Positions 1 to 8,241 of a stretch of DNA of 15,073 bases are shown in pieces. This DNA is from Gemmatimonadota bacterium (GTDB lineage Bacteria; Latescibacterota; UBA2968; UBA8231). Both the position numbers and the translations under genes were made by a program. The stretch spans positions 1 to 15,073 of the forward strand of contig JAYPJE010000079.1 in assembly GCA_038128265.1 (NCBI GenBank). The letters are read 5' to 3'. The notes under the pieces were generated by a model. The model was not told the DNA's origin. It searched no databases and saw only the letters and a list, made by a program, of their open reading frames with translations. Numbering within the stretch: the stretch's first letter is position 1; each line of letters starts with the position of its first letter.

Positions 1-1116
1 AGCCGCGAAGAGGCGCTGCAGGCGGCCTGCGATCGCTTTTACGGTCGCCACGCCGAGCGCAACGATATCGCCGAGGAGTTGGAGGCGTTCTATATAGAGC
101 AGGGCGGCTTTCTGCGCCGCGAGGACTTGGCTGCCCATCGCACGCTGATAGAGGAGCCGGTCTCGGTCAACTACCGCGGCTACGATGTCTACAAATGCGG
201 TACCTGGACGCAGGGGCCCTACCTGTGCCAGGCGCTGCGCCTCTTAGAAGGATTCGACGTGCGCGCTCTGGGTCATTTTTCGGCCGACTACGTCCACCTA
301 GTCATCGAGGCAATCAAGCTGGCTATGGCCGATCGCGACGCCTACTACGGCGATCCAAATTTTGTCGACGTGCCGCTGGATGCGCTCTTCTCCGAAGAGT
401 ATAACGCGCTGCGGCGCGCGCTGATCGATATGGAGCGGGCGTCTGGCCAGACCCGCCCCGGCGATCCCTATGCGATGAAGGCGCTGCTCGAGGGGGGCTT
501 GCACCGCCAGCCGGATATCGGGGGCACGACCACCTGCACCATTGCCGATCGCTGGGGCAACGTAGTGGCGGCCACGCCGAGCGCCAACGTCTATCACGCC
601 GGCGGCAGTGGGTCGACGGGCGTCTCCTACGGCAACCGCCTGCGCAGCCTCAACACGACGCCGGGCCATCCCAACTGCATAGCGCCGGGCAAGCGGCCGC
701 GCATTACGCTGACGCCGACGCTGGTGTTGAAGGAGGGGCAGCCGCTGCTGGCCATCAGCGTGGCCGGCGGCGACCTGCAGGATCAGGCGACGCTCAATCT
801 CTTGCTCAACCACGTCGAATTTGGCCAACTGCCCGCCGAGGCGGTGGTGGCGCCGCGCTTTGCTACGGTGCACCACCAGGATTCCTTTGATCCCAATCCG
901 CGCCGCGAGGAAACCATCGGCGCGGTGGGATCGCTGTCGATCAGTGCGGCGATTCAAGAGGACGTGCGCACTCACTTGGCGCAGCGCGGCCATCAGCTCG
1001 ATGTGAAGGAGGGGGCCATTGCAAATCCGGTCATGCTGCACGTCGATCGGCAGAGCGGTCTGCTGCGTGCGGCCGGCGATCCGGCGGCCAAGCGCCACGC
1101 GGCGGGTTTGGATTAG
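1..1116 (+). CDS. ggt: Gamma-glutamyltransferase family protein (Ntn hydrolase), 5' end outside window
   Basis: The frame is open from base 1 (SREEALQAACDRFY...). Motifs: 'YRGYDVY', 'EAIKLAMADRDAYYGDP', small-subunit start 'GTTTCTIADRWGNVVAATPS', 'PGKRPRITLTP', 'GGDLQDQ'. Confidence 0.9.
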   Translation, partial: SREEALQAACDRFYGRHAERNDIAEELEAFYIEQGGFLRREDLAAHRTLIEEPVSVNYRGYDVYKCGTWTQGPYLCQALRLLEGFDVRALGHFSADYVHLVIEAIKLAMADRDAYYGDPNFVDVPLDALFSEEYNALRRALIDMERASGQTRPGDPYAMKALLEGGLHRQPDIGGTTTCTIADRWGNVVAATPSANVYHAGGSGSTGVSYGNRLRSLNTTPGHPNCIAPGKRPRITLTPTLVLKEGQPLLAISVAGGDLQDQATLNLLLNHVEFGQLPAEAVVAPRFATVHHQDSFDPNPRREETIGAVGSLSISAAIQEDVRTHLAQRGHQLDVKEGAIANPVMLHVDRQSGLLRAAGDPAAKRHAAGLD

Positions 1117-1186
1117 CGGCAAAAATTGTTTTTAATGAGGCGAGCACATGGCAGGTTGTGTTGCTCGTATGGGAAAGGAGATTTCT

Positions 1187-1891
1187 GTGAACGCTCTATA
1201 TGCGCTTGTTGGCATCGCCCTGTTGGCGACAGCCGGTTTGGCTCAGGAAGCAGGGCAAAGCGGCGGCGACTATCCCGATCCGGCGCGTTTTGAAGAAGCC
1301 GTACAGCAGTTTGAGGAAGAAGCCTCCAAGCAGCGCGTGCCGCGCAAAGCCATTGTATGCACCGGCTCTTCGAGTATGCGCGGCTGGCATGAAGATCTCT
1401 ACGATGACCTGGCGCCGCTGACGGTTATTTCGCGCGGTTTTGGCGGCAGCAATATGAACGACGTGCTGTTTTACGCCGATCGCATGATTCTGCCCTACAG
1501 GCCGCGCGCCGTCGTGCTCTACGAGGGCGACAACGACATTGCCCAGGGCATTGCGCCGGAAAAGATTCTCGAGACGTTTCGCGCCCTGCTCGAAAAGGTG
1601 CATGCCGAGCTGCCCAAGACGCGCTTTTACGTGCTGTCGATCAAGCCGAGTCCCAGTCGATGGCATATGTGGCCGCGCATGCAGCGGGCCAACGAGTTGC
1701 TGGCTCAGGCGTGTGCCCAAGACGGGCGGCTGACGTACGTAGACGTGGCCTCTGGCATGCTGGGCGAAGACGGCGAACCGCGCGGCGATATTTTCAAAGA
1801 GGACAAGCTGCACATGAACCGCAAGGGCTATGAGATTTGGCGCGACGCGCTGCGCTCAGTGATTATCAAGGCGGAGTGGCCGCACGAATGA
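1187..1891 (+). CDS. Secreted SGNH/GDSL hydrolase (GSSS-type block I)
   Basis: Blocks 'TGSSS', 'RGFGGS', 'YEGDND', 'DKLHMN'. Start placed at GTG 1187 after AAGGAG (1175-1180), giving a signal-peptide-like N-terminus (MNALYALVGIALLATAGLA-QE). Confidence 0.88.
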   Translation: MNALYALVGIALLATAGLAQEAGQSGGDYPDPARFEEAVQQFEEEASKQRVPRKAIVCTGSSSMRGWHEDLYDDLAPLTVISRGFGGSNMNDVLFYADRMILPYRPRAVVLYEGDNDIAQGIAPEKILETFRALLEKVHAELPKTRFYVLSIKPSPSRWHMWPRMQRANELLAQACAQDGRLTYVDVASGMLGEDGEPRGDIFKEDKLHMNRKGYEIWRDALRSVIIKAEWPHE

Positions 1892-2490
1892 GCAACCCGT
1901 GGGACGAACGCTATGCGAGCGAAGACTACGCCTTTGGAACGGAGCCCAACGACTTTCTGCGCGCAGAAGCTGGGCGGATTGCACGCGGAAACGTGCTGTG
2001 TATGGCCGATGGAGAAGGCCGCAACGGGGTTTATTTAGCCGGTTTGGGACATGCAGTCCTCTCGGTTGATCTCTCTTCAGTAGGTCTGCAAAAAGCCGAA
2101 AAGCTGGCTGCAGCGCGCGGCGTGCAGATCGAGACGCGCGTCGCCGACTTGGCCGAATGGCCTATTGAAGTCCAGCACTGGGACGGCATCGTTTCGATTT
2201 TTTGCCACATGCCTTCCACGACGCGGGCGCAATTACACCAGCGGGTCGTAGCCGGCCTTAAGCCGGGCGGTGTCTTTATCCTCGAAGCCTATACGCCCGA
2301 CCAGTTAGCGCACGACACGGGCGGACCTTCTACCATCGATTTGCTAATGAACTCAGCGGCGCTGGAAGCCGAACTGGCCGGGTTGGATCTGATGCATAAC
2401 GTGCAGTTGGAGCGCGATGTCGTGGAGGGTTCGTTTCACACGGGTCGGGCCGCCGTAGTGCAGGTGGTGGGCATCAAGCCGTCCGATTGA
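1888..2490 (+). CDS. Class I SAM-dependent methyltransferase (TehB-like)
   Basis: 'WDERY...YAFGTEPNDFL', motif I 'LCMADGEGRN', 'LKPGGVFILEAY'. The ATG overlaps the upstream stop (ATGA, 1888-1891), indicating translational coupling. Confidence 0.9.
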   Translation: MSNPWDERYASEDYAFGTEPNDFLRAEAGRIARGNVLCMADGEGRNGVYLAGLGHAVLSVDLSSVGLQKAEKLAAARGVQIETRVADLAEWPIEVQHWDGIVSIFCHMPSTTRAQLHQRVVAGLKPGGVFILEAYTPDQLAHDTGGPSTIDLLMNSAALEAELAGLDLMHNVQLERDVVEGSFHTGRAAVVQVVGIKPSD

Positions 2491-2494
2491 ACAC

Positions 2495-3862
2495 TTAGAT
2501 CTGGCGTTCTTTCCACTCGCCTTGTGCAAATTTTCGCGCCGTAAGCCAGCCCTGCAGCGCGCTAAAGGCGATGAGCGAAAACCACAATCCCTCGATATCG
2601 TAGCCGAGCCAGAAGGCCAGCGCATAGCCAACGGGTAGGCGCACGATCCATTGGCCGATAACCGTGTAGTAGAGCGCCGGCTTGGTATCGCCGGCTCCGC
2701 GCAGGCCGCCGCCGGCGGTAATGGCCATGCAGTGTAGCGGTTCGGCTAAAATAATAGCCCAAATGTAGACGGTGCCGACTTCAATGATGGCGGTGTCTTG
2801 GGTGAATATCCCCATGATTTCTTCGGCGAACAATGCCAGCGGCGCGCCGAAGAGTGCCATGCTGATGCTGCCGATAAAAATGGCTGTCCAGCCGCTGCGC
2901 TCTGCGCCTTCGCCGTCGCCTGCTCCCAGTCGCTGTCCGACCAGCGTGGTGGCTGCCGTGCCAAAGGATAGCGAGGTGCGGCGCACGATGCGCTCGACCT
3001 GATTGCCAATGGAGTAGGCTGCCACGGCAATGGTCGGTTGGGCCGTCAGCGCGACGAGTTTGACAAAGACGACGCCCGAGCCGTTGCGGAACAGTCCCTG
3101 GATGGCCGAGGGAATGCCGATGCGCAGCATGCGCTCGGCTCGTGCGCGTTCGGGCAGGAACGAGGTGTCGGGTAGAAAGCGCACCTTGAGGCGGTCGCTC
3201 TTGACCAGCACAATGGCCAGCGTGAAACCTGCGGCTCGGCTAAGCACGGTGGCCAGCGCCGCGCCGTTGACGCCGAGTGCGGGCAGCGGACCTGCGCCAA
3301 AGATCAGTAGGTAGCTCAGGGCGATTTTCAGCGCGCTCATAAAGAGGTTGAGGTAGAGCGGTGTGCGCGCGTCGCCGGCGCCGTAGAGACAGTTGTTGAG
3401 CGTGAAGTTGAGCGCCATAAAAGCGAGGCCGGCAAAGAATACGTGCAGGTAGCCCGTGCCCAATTCGACGACGCCGGCCGGCATGCTCAGTACTTCGAGC
3501 GCGATGCGCGAAAAGGCGATGCCCAGCAGGCTCAGCAGTGAGCTAATGGTGGCAACCAAGACGAGGGCCTGCTTGGTGGTGGCGCTGACGGTGCGCTCGT
3601 CGCCGGCTCCCGTGCCCTGTGCTACGAGTGCGAAGGCGCCGGTGGAGACGGCGATCATCACGACGCCGACGACCATGGTTAGGATTTGTGAGATGCCGAC
3701 CGCAGCAATGGCGTCGGCCCCGAGGTCGCCGACCAGGTAGATATCGGCTACGCCGACCAGCGTGTCTAACTGCGAAGAGAGGGCCACGGGCGTAGCTAGG
3801 GCGAAAATGGGTCGGATTAGCTGCCTATCGAGGCGGCCGGATGCAACGCGCCTAGTGTTGAT
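2495..3862 (-). CDS. MATE family efflux transporter
   Basis: About 12 hydrophobic helices in two repeats. Motifs 'ADIYLVGDLGADAIAAVG', 'GAGDARTPL', 'LGVNGAALATVLS', 'LRIGIP', 'LRGAGDTK'. Start uncertain: best SD (AAAGGGAG) precedes ATC at 3862; the ORF track extends to GTG 3976. Confidence 0.9.
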   Translation of the reverse strand: MNTRRVASGRLDRQLIRPIFALATPVALSSQLDTLVGVADIYLVGDLGADAIAAVGISQILTMVVGVVMIAVSTGAFALVAQGTGAGDERTVSATTKQALVLVATISSLLSLLGIAFSRIALEVLSMPAGVVELGTGYLHVFFAGLAFMALNFTLNNCLYGAGDARTPLYLNLFMSALKIALSYLLIFGAGPLPALGVNGAALATVLSRAAGFTLAIVLVKSDRLKVRFLPDTSFLPERARAERMLRIGIPSAIQGLFRNGSGVVFVKLVALTAQPTIAVAAYSIGNQVERIVRRTSLSFGTAATTLVGQRLGAGDGEGAERSGWTAIFIGSISMALFGAPLALFAEEIMGIFTQDTAIIEVGTVYIWAIILAEPLHCMAITAGGGLRGAGDTKPALYYTVIGQWIVRLPVGYALAFWLGYDIEGLWFSLIAFSALQGWLTARKFAQGEWKERQI

Positions 3863-3983
3863 GGTATGGACTCCCTTTGAGTGGAACTGCGAGGAAAAAG
3901 AATCGCTCTGTGGGTGATCCAGCGCAAGCGCGCTATAATCGGTTCGGTCCGTATTGCCGGCGAGAAGAAAGCGCACAATGCCA

Positions 3984-4011
3984 TTGCTTAATGTGCGCTC
4001 GCACCTATTTT
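3984..4011 (+). promoter_or_regulatory. Possible sigma70-type promoter for the Yip1 gene
   Basis: TTGCTT (3984-3989), 16-nt spacer, TATTTT (4006-4011), about 47 nt upstream of ATG 4059. Confidence 0.35.
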
Positions 4012-4058
4012 TGCTCAGGTCTACCCTGAGAATGTGATTTAATAAGGAGAGTGACGCG

Positions 4059-4790
4059 ATGGAGGGCCCTGGTTTTGCCGCTGAAGAAGCGGGATGGATA
4101 CAGCGCGTGCAGCGCGTTTTTTATGCTCCGCAATCGACGTTTGCCGCCGTTGTTGGGCGCGAAAGTTCGCTGGACTGGCTGCTGCCAGTCGCCCTGACTA
4201 GCTTGGTCGGTTTGGCCTGCCACTTCCTGACGATCGATATCGTGAGCAGTCTGGATGCGCCAGCCGTGCAGGAAAAGCTGCGCGGCCTAGACGAAGCGCA
4301 GCGCGTCCAGTATGAGCAGAGCGTTGCCATGATGCGCGCGCAAGGGTGGACGATGGTGCCGGTCGGACACTTTGCTTCGCTGGTCTTTGTCGGTGCCATT
4401 CTACTCGCTGTTGCGCGTATGGCTTTTCGGGTCGAGATGAGCTTTCGCCAGGCGCTGGTGATCAAGGCTTATGCGACGCCGGTCGTTGCGCTCGAGTGGC
4501 TGCTGCGCGCGCTCGTCGTGCTGGCTACGGGGTCGCCCTTTGTCTACACTGGTCCCGGTATGTTTATGGGGGATGAAGCGACGTCGACCTTTATTGGGCG
4601 CGTGCTGGTCAACATCAACTTTTTCGATCTGTGGCAGATATGGATTATGAGCATCGGGCTATCGGTGCTGGGCCAGATCGACGCGCGGCGCGCCCTGTGG
4701 TCGCTGAGTGTGCTGTGGCTGCTGTGGCTATTAGGTGGGTCCGGGTTGGAAATGCTGGGCGCACAGGCCGGTCTCAACGCGGTAAATTAA
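4059..4790 (+). CDS. Yip1 family membrane protein
   Basis: 'RVFYAPQSTF...WLLP', a soluble loop, then several TM helices and 'INFFDLWQIWIMSIGL'. Strong SD TAAGGAG upstream of the ATG. Confidence 0.8.
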   Translation: MEGPGFAAEEAGWIQRVQRVFYAPQSTFAAVVGRESSLDWLLPVALTSLVGLACHFLTIDIVSSLDAPAVQEKLRGLDEAQRVQYEQSVAMMRAQGWTMVPVGHFASLVFVGAILLAVARMAFRVEMSFRQALVIKAYATPVVALEWLLRALVVLATGSPFVYTGPGMFMGDEATSTFIGRVLVNINFFDLWQIWIMSIGLSVLGQIDARRALWSLSVLWLLWLLGGSGLEMLGAQAGLNAVN

Positions 4791-4851
4791 TTCTCTAATC
4801 GGGGTATGAGACGGCGTAGGTAGCCATCGTAGAAAGGGGACTCGAGTCGCA

Positions 4852-6018
4852 GTGCAAGACGACGTTATCGAGCAGGTGTTACAGGCGCATCCCACGCTTT
4901 TTGGTGACGTGCTGGAGCGCATCGAAGAGCGCGAAGTGCAGATCCTCTACACGCAGATCGATCGCGATAGCCAGCAGCGGCCCCACTTTAGGGAGCACGC
5001 CTATCGCGTCGACGCCGACGCCTACTTTTACCCCGCTAGCACGCTGAAGCTGGCCGGTGCGCTGCTGGCGCTGGAAAAGCTTGGCGAGATACCAGACGTC
5101 GATCGCAACACACCCCTGCGCATTGGCCGTGCGCGCGAAGGCCAGCAGGCCGTCGAGGTCGACGAGACCGCGCCCGACGGCCTGCCCACCCTCGCCCACT
5201 ACATTCGCAAGCTCTTTGTCGTAAGCGACAACGATGCCTATAACCGCCTCTACGAGTTTGTCGGTCAGCAGCGCATGAACAGCGGTCTGTGGGAAAAGGG
5301 CTATCGCGATGTGCGGCTGACGCATCGCCTGTCGTTGGCGCTGTCAGCCGAGGAAAACCGCCACACCAATCCCTTCCAGTTTTATCGCGGGTCGGACGTG
5401 CTCTACGCGCAGCCGGCCCAGTATAACGACGTCTGCTATCGAGCCGAACACCCGATAGAAAAGGGGCGTGCACAGATGGTTGACGGCAAGCTCGTCGAAG
5501 AGCCCAAAGACTTTTCCGGCTCCAACTATATGTCTGTGCGCGTGCTGCACGATATGCTAAAGGCCGTCGTATTTCCACACAGCGTGCCGCCGGCCATGCG
5601 CTTTGCGCTGAGCGACGCCGATCGTCGCTTTGTCTTACACGCCATGTCGATGCTGCCGCGCGAATGCGCCCATCCGCAGTACGATCGAGCGAAATACTAC
5701 GACAGCTACGTGAAGTTCTTTATGTTCGGCGATCGCAGAGAGCCCATGCCCGATCACATTCGCCTGTTTAACAAAGTCGGTCTGGCCTATGGTTACCTGA
5801 TCGACAATGCCTATATTGTCGACTTTGAAAACGGCGTGGAGTTCTTGCTGACGGCCGTGGTTGCCGCCAATGACAACGGCATATACAACGACGGTCAGTA
5901 CGAGTATGATGCGGTGAGCTTCCCCTTTCTCGCCAATCTGGGGCGCGTTCTATACGAGCGCGAACGGCTGCGAGCACGAGAGGTTACGCCGGACCTGCGC
6001 GCGTTTATGATTCATTAA
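4852..6018 (+). CDS. Serine hydrolase of the class A beta-lactamase / penicillin-binding protein fold
   Basis: SxxK 'FYPASTLKL', SxN 'SDNDAYN', KTG-equivalent 'NKVG'. GTG start after AAAGGGGA. Confidence 0.85.
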   Translation: MQDDVIEQVLQAHPTLFGDVLERIEEREVQILYTQIDRDSQQRPHFREHAYRVDADAYFYPASTLKLAGALLALEKLGEIPDVDRNTPLRIGRAREGQQAVEVDETAPDGLPTLAHYIRKLFVVSDNDAYNRLYEFVGQQRMNSGLWEKGYRDVRLTHRLSLALSAEENRHTNPFQFYRGSDVLYAQPAQYNDVCYRAEHPIEKGRAQMVDGKLVEEPKDFSGSNYMSVRVLHDMLKAVVFPHSVPPAMRFALSDADRRFVLHAMSMLPRECAHPQYDRAKYYDSYVKFFMFGDRREPMPDHIRLFNKVGLAYGYLIDNAYIVDFENGVEFLLTAVVAANDNGIYNDGQYEYDAVSFPFLANLGRVLYERERLRAREVTPDLRAFMIH

Positions 6019-6101
6019 AGCGGCACGGGGCGCTCCCATTATAGAGCGTGTGTTGCACCGTGGCGGCGGGCGCTATTCAATACAAAAGGAAGGACATGCT
6101 C

Positions 6102-7136
6102 ATGGCTAAGAGAGAAAAAGTGCGCGCAGTGCTGGTTGGTTGCGGTGGTATGAGCCGCGCCTGGCTTTCGGCGGCGAGCGAACGCAGCGATTTGGAAATT
6201 GTCGGTCTCGTCGACATCGATAAAAAAAATGCGCGCTGGCGTGCCGAAGAGTATCGCTTGGAAAACGCGGAGGTGGGCAGCGATCTCAAGGCCGTGCTGC
6301 GCGACGTACATCCCGACGTGGTATTCGACGTAACGGTGCCGTCAGCCCATACCGATGTTACCGTTACGGCGCTGCGCCACGGCTGCCACGTGCTGGGCGA
6401 AAAGCCGCTGGCCGATTCCATGGCCAACGCGCGGCGCTCGCTGCGCGCCGCCGCAAAAGCGGGTAAAATCTATGCCGTCATTCAGAACCGCCGCTACAAT
6501 CCCAACATTCGCCGCCTGCGCCGCCTGCTGGCCAAAAACCCCATCGGCCCATTGACGACGGTTAACTGCGACTTCTATATCGGTGCGCACTTCGGCGGGT
6601 TCCGCGATCGCATGGAGCACGTGCTGCTGCTCGATATGGCAATACACACCTTTGATCAGGCGCGCCTTATTACCGGAGCCGATCCCGTATCGGTTTACTG
6701 CCAAGAGTGGAATCCGGCCGGATCCTGGTACGATCACGACGCCTCGGCCATCTGCATTTTTGAGATGAGCGATGGGTTGGTCTTTACCTATCGCGGCAGC
6801 TGGTGTGCCGAGGGCCTCAATACGAGCTGGGAATGCGATTGGCGCATTGTTGGCACCAAGGGCAGCGCAACGTGGGACGGCGGTGAGGGCATCTGCGCGC
6901 AGGCAGTAAAAAAAGGCGGTGCGTTCCACGCGCAGATGCGCGACCTGCCGGTGCCGGCGCTGGCCGCCAAGGACCGCGTCGGTGGCCATGCTGGTCTGAT
7001 CGACGAGTTTGTAGACTGCGTGCGCCGTGGCCGCACGCCCGAGACGGTGTGCACGGACAATATCAAGAGTCTGGCCATGGTCTTTGCAGCCATCGAGAGC
7101 GCCAAAAGGGGGCGCAGGGTCGCGGTAAAATACTAG
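6102..7136 (+). CDS. Gfo/Idh/MocA family NAD(P)-dependent oxidoreductase
   Basis: Rossmann 'VLVGCGGMS', 'HVLGEKPLA', 'QNRRY', 'LLDMAIHTFD'. Start is ATG 6102 (or 6096) after AAGGAAGGA. Confidence 0.92.
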   Translation: MAKREKVRAVLVGCGGMSRAWLSAASERSDLEIVGLVDIDKKNARWRAEEYRLENAEVGSDLKAVLRDVHPDVVFDVTVPSAHTDVTVTALRHGCHVLGEKPLADSMANARRSLRAAAKAGKIYAVIQNRRYNPNIRRLRRLLAKNPIGPLTTVNCDFYIGAHFGGFRDRMEHVLLLDMAIHTFDQARLITGADPVSVYCQEWNPAGSWYDHDASAICIFEMSDGLVFTYRGSWCAEGLNTSWECDWRIVGTKGSATWDGGEGICAQAVKKGGAFHAQMRDLPVPALAAKDRVGGHAGLIDEFVDCVRRGRTPETVCTDNIKSLAMVFAAIESAKRGRRVAVKY

Positions 7137-7152
7137 CGCACAGGCGTGGTGC

Positions 7153-8163
7153 TCAGCCGACTTGGACGCCCTGTACCTCGAAGACTTCACGGAGAAAGTG
7201 TTCGCCCATGAGGCGGTAGCCCTCGGCGTTGGGATGTAGATTGTCCGGCAGCAGGTGGGCCAGGTCTTCGCCGAAGAGCTTTAGGCCATCGACGTAGTAG
7301 ATGTGCGCATCGCCGCGCCGCCGGAACGACTCGACGGCTTCCTGAACTTCAATGCGCATTTGCCGCAGCGTCAGTCCAACGGCGTTGGGGGCGTCTTCGC
7401 GATCGTGCCCCCAGATGGGCGAGCAGACGGCAAAGGGCGTGTCGGGATGGCCGTCGCGGATGGTGGCAATGGTGCCGATAATGGCCGGTCTAAAGGTGCG
7501 TGGTCCCAGGCTAGATCCGCCGTAGATATTGATGCCAATTTTGACGGATAAAAAGTCGGCTGGCCGGTCGCGGATCAGGCGGGCCATCATGGGATCGGCG
7601 TGGCACTGGCCGCCAAAGCCAAACGACGTCAGGTTGAAATCCATGCCGCGCGCGACCACGCCTGGCCAGGTAAACGAGGGCGAACCGGCCGTGCGGCAGT
7701 GGGTGATAGACGAGCCGTAGGTGACCCATTTGCGTCGATGGTCTTCGCACTTTTCCAGCGTGCTACCCTCGGGAAGTTCGATGGCGCGCACGGCCACCGG
7801 CATGGCCTGAGAGAGCCAGAGTTCGAGCGCGTTGTCGCCGTCTGGCAGGTTGGTAAACTCCGTGGCGGTCTGACCGGCGGCAAAGTCGATGGTCGCGACT
7901 AGATCGCCGTTGGCGTAGAGGTCGAAGTTGCCCTCTTCAGCAAGCGGCTCGGTGTGCAGCGTGAGGGCTGTGGCATCGCTGGCAAAGCGCAGGCGCACGC
8001 CGGAAGCCATTTCGGCGCGTCCGGCCAGTTCGCTGACGCCGGGTGAGTAGAGGTCTTGGTCTTCGTGGGGAATGCGCCAGGGCTTGATCCATCCTGCGCC
8101 CCGTTCGAGCGAGGCAATGCCGCCCCAGCACAGGCGCGGATCGTCGGCGGGTATGGTGGGCAT
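7153..8163 (-). CDS. SGNH/GDSL hydrolase with N-terminal beta-sandwich domain (SsfX3-like architecture)
   Basis: 'ASGVRLRF', block I 'YGSSITH', 'FGFGGQC', 'IGINI', 'DNLHPNAEGY'. SD AAAGGA upstream of the ATG. No signal peptide. Confidence 0.88.
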   Translation of the reverse strand: MPTIPADDPRLCWGGIASLERGAGWIKPWRIPHEDQDLYSPGVSELAGRAEMASGVRLRFASDATALTLHTEPLAEEGNFDLYANGDLVATIDFAAGQTATEFTNLPDGDNALELWLSQAMPVAVRAIELPEGSTLEKCEDHRRKWVTYGSSITHCRTAGSPSFTWPGVVARGMDFNLTSFGFGGQCHADPMMARLIRDRPADFLSVKIGINIYGGSSLGPRTFRPAIIGTIATIRDGHPDTPFAVCSPIWGHDREDAPNAVGLTLRQMRIEVQEAVESFRRRGDAHIYYVDGLKLFGEDLAHLLPDNLHPNAEGYRLMGEHFLREVFEVQGVQVG

Positions 8164-8212
8164 GGTGTGTGTCCTTTAGCTGCCGTTAGCGGGTTGTAGT
8201 GGGTAGGCCGCT

Positions 8213-8241
8213 AATCTAACGCGCCGGCGCGCGCCTGTCAT
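8213..8241 (-). promoter_or_regulatory. Sigma70-type promoter for the SGNH gene at 8163
   Basis: Minus strand ATGACA (8241-8236), exactly 17 nt, TAGATT (8218-8213). The same -10 hexamer occurs in the TTGACA promoter at 12195-12222. Confidence 0.55.

Noticed and set aside
298..1122. Long antisense ORFs (298-1122, 1196-1813, 6342-7190, 14154-15038 and others)
   Set aside because: Shadow ORFs opposite well-supported genes, expected with high-GC codon bias, and with no motifs.
2654..2877. GCCGATAA octamers inside coding regions (near 2654 and 2870, also near 7474)
   Set aside because: They lack TAAA 15 nt upstream and correspond to ordinary Ile-Gly codons on the coding strand.
3934..3939. Perfect TATAAT in the MATE/Yip1 divergent region
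   Set aside because: No -35 box at the right spacing and no extended -10 TG.
6030..6049. Small hairpin GCGCTC/GAGCGT with a minus-strand TATAAT in its loop
   Set aside because: Short stem, no U-tract and no matching -35 box.
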